DNA from: Ranitomeya imitator
Lineage: Eukaryota
Assembly: GCF_032444005.1 (NCBI RefSeq)
Contig: NC_091283.1
Span: 365,428,001-365,492,000 of the forward strand
DNA: 64,000 nt
Direction: 5' to 3'
In this document: piece by piece, positions 10,998 to 22,268 of the stretch
Layout: the number at the start of each line of letters is the position of its first letter
How positions within the stretch are numbered: position 1 is the stretch's first letter
Notes under the pieces: generated by a model
Told to the model about the DNA's origin: nothing
The model's database searches: none
Seen by the model: the letters and a program-made list of their open reading frames with translations, nothing else
Made by a program: the position numbers and the translations under genes

Positions 10998-12557
10998 TCA
11001 ATCCGTGATCCATCTACATTCGCGCTGGAAAAGAAGACGTTTTAAATTACCACCCCTGATCCCGGCGTGGACCCTATCAATCCCACATACTCTCAAATCA
11101 TTGGGATTGCAGTTGTGTTTCTCCCTGAAATGTCTTGGGATGGTTTTGAGGTTCCCTGTTTCCTTTTCCAATCTTGCGGCTGTGATTTCCCTCACGTGTT
11201 CGCGTGTCCTCACACGTAACTCCCGTGAGGTGAGGCCTATATATATGAGGTTACAGGTGCATTTTGCATAGTATATAACAAATGTGCTCTTGCACGTTAT
11301 AAATTCTCTGATTTTATATTCCTGTACCCCATCTGAAGAATAAAAGGAAGAGGCTCTCTGATGGTTTTTGCATGCCAGGCACTCAGTACAGGGGAAAAAT
11401 CCCACTCTTGGTTTCCCAATGCCAGGGATTGTGGGTGGTTTTGCCACATAGTGACTCTTAACGAGAATGTCACGTAGGTTCCGGCTTCGTTTAGCCGTCA
11501 TCAGTGGGTATTCAGAGAGGTGTTGTTTCAATATTGGATCGGTTGTAAGAACCGACCAATATTTTGATAGGATGGAACGTAATTCGTCCCAATTCGAATT
11601 AAAAGTTGTAATGAATCTTGTTGACACTTGTTGTGTCTTATCCATTTCCTTTTTGTTGGCACAACTCTGTCCCTGTTGGTTCTGGGATAGCAGCGAGGTC
11701 CTGGGTGTTCTTTTTGCTCTTTTATATCCCTTTTTAATACACCTCCTGCTATACCCACGTTCTCTAAATCTCTCCCCAAGGTCCACAGCTTGACGCTCAA
11801 AATCCTCATCAGAGGTACAAATTCTTCTCATCCTGAGAAATTGTCCCACAGGTACAGCCCTGATGGTTGACTCCGTATGTGCCGATGAGGCATGTAGAAG
11901 TGCATTCACTGAGGTATCCTTTCTGTGCACATCGGTGCCCAGTGAACCATCAGGCTGCACCTGTATCTTGATGTCCAGAAATGAAACCTCATGAGCATGG
12001 TAAGTATGGGTGAGTCTGATGTTGTAATTGTTGCGGTTCAAACTGGAAACAAAATGATCTAAATCCCTGACCGACCCCTGCCAAATGAAAAAAATGTCGT
12101 CAATGAAGCGGTACCAGCTAAGGATTTGGGGGACGGCATGTGCGTCATCCGGAAAAATCTCCCTCTCCCAAAATCCCAAAAATAAATTAGCATATGAAGG
12201 CGCACATGCCGCCCCCATTGCGGTACCACGCTTCTGCAGAAAGAAACGGTCCTTAAACGTAAAAAAATTGTGTTCCAAGATGAACCGCAACAAGTCCAAC
12301 ACCAGCTCACGGACGTCTGGATCAAGATTGCTAACCTCAAGGAAAAAGCTCGCAACCCGCATGCCATCCTCGTGATCAATGCATGTATATAGCGTTTCAA
12401 CGTCTGCTGTCACGAGGAGCATGTCAGGCTCGAGGTGCAATCCATCCAGACGTCTAAGGACGTCCATAGTGTCCCTGACATAGGAGGGCAACGTCTCGAC
12501 CTGTGATTTCAAATAGTGGTCAATATATTTACAAATTGGTTCGTTTAGCCCTCCCAT
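10998..12557 (-). CDS. PLE1 polyprotein, partial (RT, Cys-rich linker, GIY-YIG endonuclease)
   Basis: GTAMGAACAPSYANLFLG, WYRFIDDIFFIW, CTECLACKNH, VIYYAKCTCNLIYIGLTSRELRVR. The frame continues upstream to ~12620 (YLLPKVHK..PGRPIVS). A small deletion near 11000 removes the normal ..GLNKQISFAPFL* end. Confidence 0.9.
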   Translation of the reverse strand: MGGLNEPICKYIDHYLKSQVETLPSYVRDTMDVLRRLDGLHLEPDMLLVTADVETLYTCIDHEDGMRVASFFLEVSNLDPDVRELVLDLLRFILEHNFFTFKDRFFLQKRGTAMGAACAPSYANLFLGFWEREIFPDDAHAVPQILSWYRFIDDIFFIWQGSVRDLDHFVSSLNRNNYNIRLTHTYHAHEVSFLDIKIQVQPDGSLGTDVHRKDTSVNALLHASSAHTESTIRAVPVGQFLRMRRICTSDEDFERQAVDLGERFRERGYSRRCIKKGYKRAKRTPRTSLLSQNQQGQSCANKKEMDKTQQVSTRFITTFNSNWDELRSILSKYWSVLTTDPILKQHLSEYPLMTAKRSRNLRDILVKSHYVAKPPTIPGIGKPRVGFFPCTECLACKNHQRASSFYSSDGVQEYKIREFITCKSTFVIYYAKCTCNLIYIGLTSRELRVRTREHVREITAARLEKETGNLKTIPRHFREKHNCNPNDLRVCGIDRVHAGIRGGNLKRLLFQRECRWITD

Positions 12558-13039
12558 GCCAGAGACAATAGGACGCCCAGGAGGATTTTGAGCATCCTTG
12601 TGGACCTTGGGGAGGAGGTAAACTATAACTAACTTTTGTATTATTATGCTTAGATTGTTTTATGACGATGTACTTAATAAATGTTATACTTTTGTATTCA
12701 TGAATGAGCCTCTTTGACTCCATTTGCTTTATTGTGTATAGACTATTGGGAGTTGCTCCGCATTAGATTATATGGTGCTCTAATCTATATATTCATATTG
12801 TTAGTATCTAGTCTATTACATAATATATTTAGTCTATTGAGCCTTTAGTTTTGCATCACATCTCCAGTGGTTACATAGAAAGAGGCAATCTATGCCTTTT
12901 GCAGTCCCAATGATCTGAAAAGAGCCAACCGATCACACTACCAATTGCTATTTCTACATGGTGCCCCCCATTAGTAATGGAGTTTCAAGGAAGAAGTGGA
13001 CTTTACTGTATTAAATCATTCCATCTGCAATACATGTCG

Positions 13040-14860
13040 TCGATGGAGTCCTCAAAGTTTTGGAGGATGGTACATATGTCTGACATCCATGTCCACTTCT
13101 GAGGTCTTATGTGGGAGTCTGAACTGAATACAGATGGCCTTGTTGATGCTGGTAGTCAACAATTGCCCTCTTCTGCTCACAAATCCTTTCCAACATCTGC
13201 AGTGTAGATTTCCAAGGCGTGGGGACATCACACACCAGTCGGTGAGCCGGAAGCTGCAAACGCTGCTGAAGCACATCAAGGGTGGCGGAAGCTGTAGCTG
13301 ACTTTCTCAAATTGGCACACAGGCAGCGTACTTTCACAAGCAGATCTGGCAGCTAGGTAAGTTTTGAGAAACTGCTGAACCACGAGGTTAAGCACATAGG
13401 CCAGGCATGGTACGTGTGTGAGCTCGCCTCAGATCTGCCACCAGATTCCAGCCATTGCCACACACGACCATGCCTGGCTGTAGGTTCAGCGGTGTCCGCC
13501 ACAGATCTGCCTGCTCTTTCAGAGCTGTCTGCAACTCTTCAGCATTGTGTGGTTTGTCACCTAAGCATATTAGCTTCAGCACAGCCTGTTGCAGCTTGGC
13601 TGAGACAGTGCTGCAGTGCTTCCAGCTTGTGACTGATGTGGTCATTTTGGAGATGGAGGCTGAAGAGGAGGAGGTGGTGGAGGTGCAGGAGCTGTAGATT
13701 GTGGGGACAACCCTGATTGACCTAAAGCCCACAACCCTCGGCGTCTGGAGGACGTGTTCCATCCCAAGGTCCAACTGGGTCCTGGCTTCCACTATTTTAA
13801 CCCAGTGTGCCATCAGCGAGATGCACAGTCACTGCCCACAAGCACTTGTCCACGTGTCCATGGTTAGGTGGACTTTCCCAGTAACTCCATTGTTGAGGGC
13901 ATGGCTAATCTTGTGGAACATGTGCTTGTGTAATTCGGGGAGAAATAGTGGTGCTGGGGACCGAGTACCAAGGGACGGCCACCACCATCAGGTTGTGGAA
14001 AGCTTCCATCTCCAGGAGCCTAAAAGGCAACATTTCTAGCACTAGCAGTTGTGAAATGAGGAATTTTAATAGACTGGCCTGCGGGGTGTTGGCTGCGTAT
14101 TTGCGCTTGCGTTCCGAGGACTGGGGTATGGACAACTGAACACTGCCCTGGGACAAGGATTTACTTCCTGATGGTGCTAGTTGAGTGTGTGCAATGACAA
14201 ATACAGGGCAATAGGCATCTTCACATGCACCATATACAGGGGTTTGGCTTTCACGCACAACAGCGGAATAAGCAGTGGTGTCACCCGCAGACACTGTTCC
14301 TGGACCCTGGTGTTCGGCCCACGAAGTCGGGTGCTTTGCTGCCATGTGCCTGATCATGCTGGGGGTGGTCAGGCTGGTAGTTTTGCTACCCCTGCTGATG
14401 CTGGCCTGGCAGGTGGTGCAAATGGCCTTTTTGGGGTTATCAGCAGATTCTTTAAAAAAACAACCAGACTTGGGAAGACCTGACATTTGTACTTGTACTG
14501 GCAACTTCCATCGTGTTGGTGTTACGGGGAATGGTTGCCCACCTTCTGTCTGCAACCACCACACTGCTTCTTCCTGCCTGTTGGGGTGCCCCTGTGTGCT
14601 GCTGTCCTCACTCTGAAGGTCCTCCTGCCAGGTTGGGTCAGTTACTATATCATCATCCACCACCTCATCTTCCATTTCTGAACTCTGGTCCTCCTGACTT
14701 TCTGGCAATTGTGTCTCATCATCGTCCACCTCTTGTGACACTTTCCCACCATCACCTTCATGTGACCGTGGCTGCTCAAATATTTTGGCATCGCTATATG
14801 CGACCTTCTCTTGCCCCACTTCAAGTGAACTGGGTGAGAGGCCCAAAACTATAAATGGAA
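13040..14860 (-). pseudogene. hAT-family transposase, frameshifted
   Basis: BED-type zinc finger (CTTC...SMIRHMAAKHP), LVLEMLPFRL, KVHLTMDTWTS, a PCLAH-like motif and CDVPTPWKSTLQMLER, spread over several frames. Confidence 0.85.
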
Positions 14861-15281
14861 AAGTGAACGGAGTGTCCAAGTGTGGGATCAGTTGTCTCTG
14901 GGCACTCGGCATTGTGGGAGGAAGGAGGATCAGGGTGAGGAATATGCGGTCCAGACTCACAGCTTCTGAGACCGTGTGGAAGGCAGGGAGGTGGTGGTGG
15001 CGGCAAAGTGACTGGAAGCATTATCCACTATCAAATAAACAACCTTTTGACACTGCGCTGGGTTTAATAGTGGTGTGCTGTGGTCCTGTAGTAATTGGGA
15101 CAGGAAGGTTGGGCAGGAAGATGTGAGTGTTTGCTGTGGCACAATTTCAGCTTGCCCATGGCCTTGGCCTCTGCATGCACCATTACCATCACATCCAGTT
15201 CCCCCTCCCTTGCCACGTGCCTTGCCCAATGGAGGACAATATTATCCATGTTCAATACAAATGGCTGAATTTGGAGTGAAC

Positions 15282-15620
15282 TTATATGTGATCCGTGTGA
15301 CGGACAAACCACAGTTTTAAATAGCTGGCCTCTTTGTAACTATTTTTACCAGCAAACTGGTGTCAATAACTTCTCTAACACACTGCACCAAAATTTAAAT
15401 GGATACCATAAATGGTAGAATTTTGAGCACAATTATATGTGATCCGTGTGACGGACAAACCACAGTTTTAAATAGCTGGCCTGTAGGTAACTATTTTTAC
15501 CGGCAAACTGGTGACAATAACTTTGCTAACACACTGCAACTAAATTTAAATGGAGGCAAGAAATGTTAGAATTTTGAGCGCAATTATATGTGATCCGTGT
15601 GACGGACAAAGCACAGTTTT
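15282..15620 (+). repeat. 151-bp tandem repeat (~2.3 copies), probably subterminal DNA of the hAT element
   Basis: TTATATGTGATCCGTGTGACGGACAAA at 15282, 15433 and 15584. Confidence 0.8.
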
Positions 15621-15745
15621 AAGTGGATGGATTTTTAGGGCTGTAATATGGAAAGGATCTGACTGTATTCTGCAGTGCCAACAGGCAAATGGAGCAGAAA
15701 AATGGTGTTCTCTGGAATGCTTTTTAAGCAAATGATCAGGATTAA

Positions 15746-16935
15746 CCCCTTCTCCCCGGAGCTTTTTCCATTTTTGTTTTTCGCTCTGCTTCTTTCCAGA
15801 GCCATAACTTTATTTTTCCGTCAATATGGCCATGTGGGGACTTATTTTGTGTGGGACGAGTTGTACATTTGAATGACACCATTGGTTTTACCATCTCATG
15901 TAACAGAAAACGGGAAAAAAATTCGAAGTGCGATGAAATTGCAAAAAAAGTGCAATCCCACACTTGTTTTTAGTATAGCTTTATTTCTAGGTTCACTAAA
16001 TGCTAAAACTGACCTGCCATTATGATTCTCCAGGTCATTACAAGTTCATAGACGCCAAACATGCCTAGGTTCTCTTTTATCTAAGTGGTAAAAAAAATTC
16101 CCAAGTTTGCTAAAAAAACAAATTGCGCAATTTTCTAATAATGGTAGCTTCTCCATTTTTTGTGATCTGGGGTCAGGTGAGGGCTTATTTTTTTCATGCT
16201 GAGCTGATGTTTTTAATGATACCAATTTGGTGCAGATACGTTCTTTTGATCGGGTGTTTTTGCATTTTAATGCAATGCTGTGGCGAGCAAAAAAAGGAAT
16301 TTTGGCGTTTCATTTTTTTTCTCACTATGCCGTTTAGCGATCAGGTTAATCCTTTTCTTTTATTGATAGATCGGGCGATTCTGAACACGGCGATACCAAA
16401 TGTGTGTAGCTTTGATTTTTTTTTTTATTGCTTTATTTTGATTGATTTTTAAACACAATTTTTTTTAATTTTGGCATGCTTCAATAGCCTCCACGGGAGG
16501 CTAGAAGCATACACTAATCGATCGCCTCTGCTACAAAGAAGTGATGCACAGATCACCTCTATGCAGCAGAATTGCAGGCTTGCTATGAGCACCGACCACA
16601 GGGTGGCACTCATAGTAATCTGCCATCAACAACCATAGAGGTCTGAAGGAGACCTCTGGTTGTGATGGCAATGCACCGATGACCCCTGATCAGTACCTCC
16701 GGCCGCGCTGCTGGCAGCACTGGTTAAATGCCGTTGTCAGAGTTTGACAGTGGCATTTAACTAGTTAATGGGAGTGGGCGGATCGCGATTCCGCTCGCGC
16801 CCATGGTGCGCACATGTCAGCTGTTAAAAACAGCTGACATGCGCAGCTTTGAGGTGGGCTCACCCCGCCGGAGCCCATCTCAAAGCGGGGGATACTGCCA
16901 GCTGACGTACTATTCCATCAGCTGGCAGAAAGGGG
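15746..16935. mobile_element. Complete non-autonomous piggyBac-type element (1.19 kb)
   Basis: TTAA|CCCCTT ... AAGGGG|TTAA; shares internal sequence with 34861-35696 and 24455-24900. Confidence 0.8.
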
Positions 16936-17710
16936 TTAAGATCCATAAAAAAATGATTACTGGCCTCTGGTACCTGGGGCTATGTCTAGAAATATCTGTC
17001 AAAGCAGCAGCAGACAGAACTGGAATGGACCCTCTTGCTATATGCACAGCAGTCTGCCACATACATTGCATGCCTGCCTAGCACTGATCTCTGCAGCTTT
17101 ATTAGTCCTCAGAAGGACTGTTAGTTGAGATGATATGTGTATCATATATGGTATACCTACACTAACTAAGACACAAGCAAATCTCTCCCTAGCTTAGAAG
17201 CAACTGTCCCTACAATGCCTGATTCCGAAGTAGACTGTGACGAGTATAATGGTGCCAGGTCTGATATAGACCTGATGATGCTGAGTGGCCAGCCAATCAC
17301 TGTGATGCCACAACCAACATGGCTGCGTCATTACAGTGTGTGGCAGACAATCCCTGCACGTTCATTGGCTCTCTAAAGAGCACCAAACATGCAGGGCGGG
17401 GAAGATGAGAAATCCAAAGTAACATCCAGTAGCTTACAGGTGTCCCTCCATAAACAAGAGGTAAACTGGACACTTCTATCGGAGACTGTGACGCGGTAGA
17501 CCATGGAGCAAAGCACACAAGGTTTTTTTTTTTTTTTGGGGGGGGGGGGGGTTCACAAATTTACATTTTTTTTTCCACTGCTTTATTTATCTGTTTGGTA
17601 TCAATGTAATCGTACAGACCTGGGGAATCATATTGCCAGGTCAGTTTTACTGTATAGTAAACATGGTAAAAAAAATGGCGAGATTGCAGCTTTTTTGCAA
17701 TTTTAACCTA

Positions 17711-19368
17711 CCGTATATACTCGAGTATAAGCCGAGAATTTCAGACCATTTTTTTAGGCTGAAATTGCCCCTCTCAGCTTATACTCGAGTCATACCCAGG
17801 GGTCGGCAGGGGAGGGGGAGTGGCAGCTGTGTAATAATACTCACCTGCTCCTGGCGCAGTCCCTTGTTCTCCGGTGCCGGCAGCTTCTTCCTGTAGTGAG
17901 CGGTCACATGGTACCGCTCATTACAGTAATGAATATGGACCCGACTTCACTCCTATAGGGGTGGAGCCGCATATTCATGTGACTGCTCAATACAGGAAGA
18001 AGCCGCCGGCGCCGGAGAACCAGGGACACCGTGCCAGGAGCAGGTGAGTATAACGCAGTGCGCGATATTCACCTGCTCCCCATTAAACCGTCGGCGTCGC
18101 TCCGTCTTCCCCGTCATCTGCACTGACTCTCAGGTCAGAAGGCACGATGATGCGATTAGTGTGTGCACCGCCCTCTGCCTGAACAGCCAGTGCAGAGGAC
18201 GGGGAAGACACAGCGGCGCCAACGGTGGAACACGGATCAGGTGAATATAGCAAGTGTCGGGGGCCTGAGAGGTGAGTATGATTTTTTTTTTTTTTTTTTT
18301 TAATCGCAGCAACAGCATAAGGGGCAAATGTCTGTATGGAGCATCTTATGGGGCCATGTGCAGCATTATATGGGGCAAATATCTGTATGGAGCATCTTAT
18401 GGGGCCATGTGCAGCATTATATGGGGCAAATATCTGTATGGGGCCATGTGCAGTATTCTATGGGGCAAATATCTGTATGGGGCCATGTGCAGCATTATAT
18501 GGGGCAAATATCTGTATGGGGCCATGTGCAGCATTCTATGGGGCAACTACCTGTATGGGGCCATGTGCAGCATTATATGGGGCAAATATCTGTATGGAGC
18601 ATCTTATGGGGCTATGTACAGCATTATATGGGGCAAATATCTGTATGGGGCCATGTGCAGCATTATATGGGGCAAATATCTGTATGGGGCCATGTGCAGC
18701 ATTCTATGGGGCAACTACCTGTATGGGGCCATGTGCAGCATTATATGGGGCAAATATCTGTATGGAGCATCTTATGGGGCTATGTACAGCATTATATGGG
18801 GCAAATATCTGTATGGGCCATGTGCAGCATTATATAGGGCAAATGTCTGTATTGAGCATCTTATGGGGCCATAATCAGCATTTGTGGAGCATTTTACGGG
18901 GCAAATGTGTCTATGGAGCATCTTATGGGGCCATAATCAGCATTTGTGGAGCATTATATGGGGCAAATGTCTGTATGGAGCATCTTATGGGGCCATAATC
19001 AACATTTGTGCAGCATTATATGGGGCATATTTTAATATGGAACATCTTATGGGGCCCATCATAAACTGTATGGAGCATTATATGGGGCATATTTTGTATG
19101 GAGCATCTTATGGGGGCATCATGAACTGTATGGAGCATTAAATGGAGCTACTGATTCAATATGGATATTCAAAAACACTTAACCTACTGATGTCTCAATT
19201 AATTTTACTTTTATTGGTATCTATTTTTATTTTTGAAATTTACCAGTAGCTGCTGCATTTTCCACCCTAGGCTTATACTCGAGTCATTAAGTTTTCCCAG
19301 TTTTTTGTGGCAAAATTAGGGGTCTCAGCTTATACTACTCGGGTCGGCTTATACTCGAGTATATACGG
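17711..19368. mobile_element. Tc2/pogo-type non-autonomous element with internal minisatellite
   Basis: TA|CCGTATATACTCGAGTATAAGCCGA ... TCGGCTTATACTCGAGTATATACGG|TA; extra subterminal TACTCGAGT motifs. Confidence 0.8.
18310..19140 (+). repeat. 39/51-bp minisatellite (ATGGGGCAAATATCTGTAT[GGAGCATCTTAT]GGGGCCATGTGCAGCATTAT)
   Basis: Period of 39 nt (18421 to 18460) with a +12-nt variant; matches the 13- and 17-aa ORF repeats. Confidence 0.9.
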
Positions 19369-19559
19369 TAATTGGAATTTTTTTCCTGTTTTCCAGTGCA
19401 TTACATGATAACATAATGGTGTCATTCAAAATTAACTCTAGTCCTTCAAAAACAAGCCTTCGTACATCTACGGTATATTGACGAAAAAATGAAAGTTATG
19501 GCTCTTGGAACAAGGGAAGGAGAAAATGCTGGAAAATTAAACTTGTCAGCAGAGGGAAG

Positions 19560-19870
19560 CATGAAGTGCTCTAAAAAATTTCCTGGTGGACGGCTGCGCT
19601 GACTTTGGTCTTGACACAAAACACAGTGAACCTACACCAACAGATGACATGGCTCCCAAAACCATCATTGATTGTGGATACTTTACACTAGACCTTGGAA
19701 ATTAAGGTCCCAGAGTCTGGAGGACAAGTGGAGAGGCACACAATCCAAGCTGCTTGAGGTCTAGTGTGAAGTTTCCACAATCAATGATGGTTTGAGGGGC
19801 CATGTCATCTGCTGGTGTAGATCCACTGTGTTTTATCAAGACAAAAGTCAGCGCAGCCGTCTACCAGAAA
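19560..19870 (+). mobile_element. Tc1-like transposase fragment with internal deletion
   Basis: VKFPQSMMV*GAMSSAGVDPLCFIKTKVSAAVYQ, the Tc1 catalytic-domain segment. Confidence 0.7.
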
Positions 19871-19944
19871 TATATATATATACTAGCTATTGAACCCGTT
19901 CTACGCCCGGGTGGCGAGCATTTATATTGGTATATGGTCTCCAT

Positions 19945-21130
19945 TCTGGTATGTGCTGCTCCATCCTGCGTCCCCATCCTGTCATGTGCTGCTGCCATCC
20001 TGCGCCCCCATTCTGACATGTGCTGCTCCATCCTGCGCCCCCATTCTGTCATGTGCTGTTCCCATCCTGCGCCCCCATTCTGTCATGTGCTGCTCCCATC
20101 CTGCGCCTTCATTCTGTCATTTGCTGCTCCCATCCTGCGCCCCGGTTCTGTCATGTGCTGCTCCCATCCTGCGCCCCCGTCCTGTCATGTGCTGCTCCCA
20201 TCCTGTGCCCCCGTCCTGTCATGTGCTGCTCCCATCCTGCGCCCCGGTTCTGTCATGTGCTGCTCCCATCCTGCGCCACTGTTCTGTCATGTGCTGCTTC
20301 CATCTTGCACCCCCGTTCTGTCATGTGCTGCTGCCATCCTGCACCCCCGTTCTGTCATGTGCTGCTCCATCCTTCCATCCTGCGTGCCCGTTCTGTCATG
20401 TGCTGTTCCCATCCTGCGCCCCCGTTCTGTCATGTGCTGCTCCCATCCTGCGCCCCCGTTCTGTCATGTGCTGTTCCCATCCTGTGCCCCCGTTCTGTCA
20501 TGTGCTGCTCCCATCCTGCGCCCCTGTTCTGTCATGTGCTGCTCCCATCCTGCTCCTCCATCCTGTCATGTGCTGCTCCCATCCTGCGCCCCCGTCCTGT
20601 CATGTGCTGCTCCCATCCTGCGCCCCGGTTCTGTCATGTGCTGCTCCCATCCTGCGCCACTGTTGTCATGTGCTGCTTCCATCTTGCACCCCCGTTCTGT
20701 CATGTGCTGCTGCCATCCTGCACCCCCGTTCTGTCATGTGCTTCTCCATCCTTCCATCCTGCGTGCCCGTTCTGTCATGTGCTGTTCCCATCCTGCGCCC
20801 CCGTTCTGTCATGTGCTGCTCCCATCCTGCGCCCCTGTTCTGTCATGTGCTACTCCCATCCTGCTCCTCCATCCTGTCATGTGCTGCTCCCATCCTGCGC
20901 CCCGGTTCTGTCATGTGCTGCTCCCATCCTGCGCCCCCGTTCTGTCATGTGCTGCTCCCATCCTGCACCTCCGTTCTGTCATGTGCTGCTTCCATCTTGC
21001 ACCCCCGTTCTGTCATGTGCTGCTGCCATCCTGCACCCCCGTTCTGTCATGTGCTGCTCCCATCCTGCACCCCCGTTCTGTCATGTGCTGCTCCCATCCT
21101 GCGCCACCGTTCTTTAATTTGCTGCTCCCA
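19945..21130 (+). repeat. 34-bp minisatellite (GTTCTGTCATGTGCTGCTCCCATCCTGCGCCCCC)n
   Basis: Direct inspection; ORF translations repeat every 34 aa (3 x 34 nt). Confidence 0.95.
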
Positions 21131-21171
21131 TCCATATGCCCCATACGCTTCTCCATAATATATGCCCCGTA

Positions 21172-21960
21172 TCAGGTGGCGTAAGTAACAAATAGCTGTG
21201 GCATGAAGTGCCACAGCCTCATGCCACAGCAATTTGTTACTTGCGCCACCTGATTCCTTTCCGCCGCCATTTTCTTGGTCCTCCTGCTGGCGGAATCGGT
21301 GTCTGCGCAGTCCGCGCTTTCCGGCGCCATTTTCTTGAAGACACACTGCAGTGTGTCTTCAAGAAAATGGCGCCGGAAAGCGCGGACTGCGCAGGCGCCG
21401 ATTCCGGAAGCAGGACCAAGAAAATGGCGGCGGAAAGGAATCAGGTGGCGTAAGTAACAAATTGCTGTGGCATGAAGTGCCACAGCTTCATGCCACAGCA
21501 ATTTGTTACTTACGCCATTCCTTTCCACCCATTTTCTTCGTCCTCCTGCTGCCGGAATCGGCGGCTGCGCAGTCTGCGCTTTCCGGCGCCATTTTCTTGA
21601 AGACACACTGCAGGGCGCAGGCGCCGATTCCAGCAGCAGGACAAAGGAATCAGGCGGCGTAAGTAACAAATTGCTGTGGCATGAAGTGCCACAGCTTCAT
21701 GCCACAGCAATTTGTTACACCATTCCTTTTCGCCCATTTTCTTCGTCCTCCTGCTGCCGGAATCGGCGCCTGCGCAGTCCGCGCTTTCCGGCGCCATTTT
21801 CTTGAAGACACACACCTACAGTGTGTCTTCAAGAAAATGGCGCCATAAAGCGCGGACTGCGCAGGCGCCGATTCTGGCAGCAGGAGGACGAAGAAAATGG
21901 GCGGGGCGGAAAGGAATGGCGTAAGTAACAAATTGCTGTGGCATGAAGTGCCACAGCATA
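21172..21960. repeat. Tandem array of alternating palindromes (~210-270-bp units)
   Basis: The GTAAGTAACAAA..GCTGTGGCATGAAG hairpin head recurs at 21181, 21450, 21659 and 21921; a long GC-rich palindrome is centred on CTGCAG at 21346-21351. Confidence 0.9.
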
Positions 21961-22268
21961 ATCAGGGCGCAAATATGTGCACGGTGTCCCCCTGCTCCCA
22001 ACCCCCTGCTCCCGGCAGTCCGCGCCTTCCGGCGCCATTTTTTTTTCCTGACACTATAATGTAACGCTAGGAGCGTCGCGCCTGCGCAGTCTATAAAGGC
22101 TTCGGACAGAGTGACGCTCCCAGCGTTATATTATTGATATATAATGTAGACAGAGCATATATTCCATTTGTGTGTATACAGTATGCGTATCACAGAAGCA
22201 GTAGCTAACTCCTGCTCGCTCCTTTTTCATGGATTCTGTGAAATTGTAGAGGCTTTCCACTCTTTATA

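Larger units (their letters stand above)
9698..12796 (-). mobile_element. Penelope-like element 1 (GIY-YIG type), 5'-truncated with an inverted copy of the 3' tail
   Basis: 14-bp target duplication ATTGTTAGTATCTA at 9684-9697 and 12797-12810; 119-bp inverted repeat 9694-9812 / 12624-12742; RT plus GIY-YIG ORF. Confidence 0.92.
19883..22137 (-). mobile_element. Non-autonomous Helitron carrying a minisatellite and a palindromic array
   Basis: Minus strand begins A|TC (22137) and ends CTAG|T (19883), with an ACCCG...CGGGT stem just upstream; inserted in a (TA)n run. Subterminal inverted repeat 22056-22079 / 22111-22134. Confidence 0.75.

Noticed and set aside
19802-21184. Long Cys/His/Pro-rich ORFs (up to 460 aa) resembling keratin-associated or metallothionein-like proteins
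   Set aside because: They are translations of a stop-free 34-bp minisatellite, open in all three frames. The same applies to 18272-18998, 30392-31746 and 61066-61881.
21172-21960. Palindromic repeats with regular spacing, superficially CRISPR-like
   Set aside because: The spacers are copies of one palindrome rather than unique sequences, there are no cas genes, and the context is eukaryotic.
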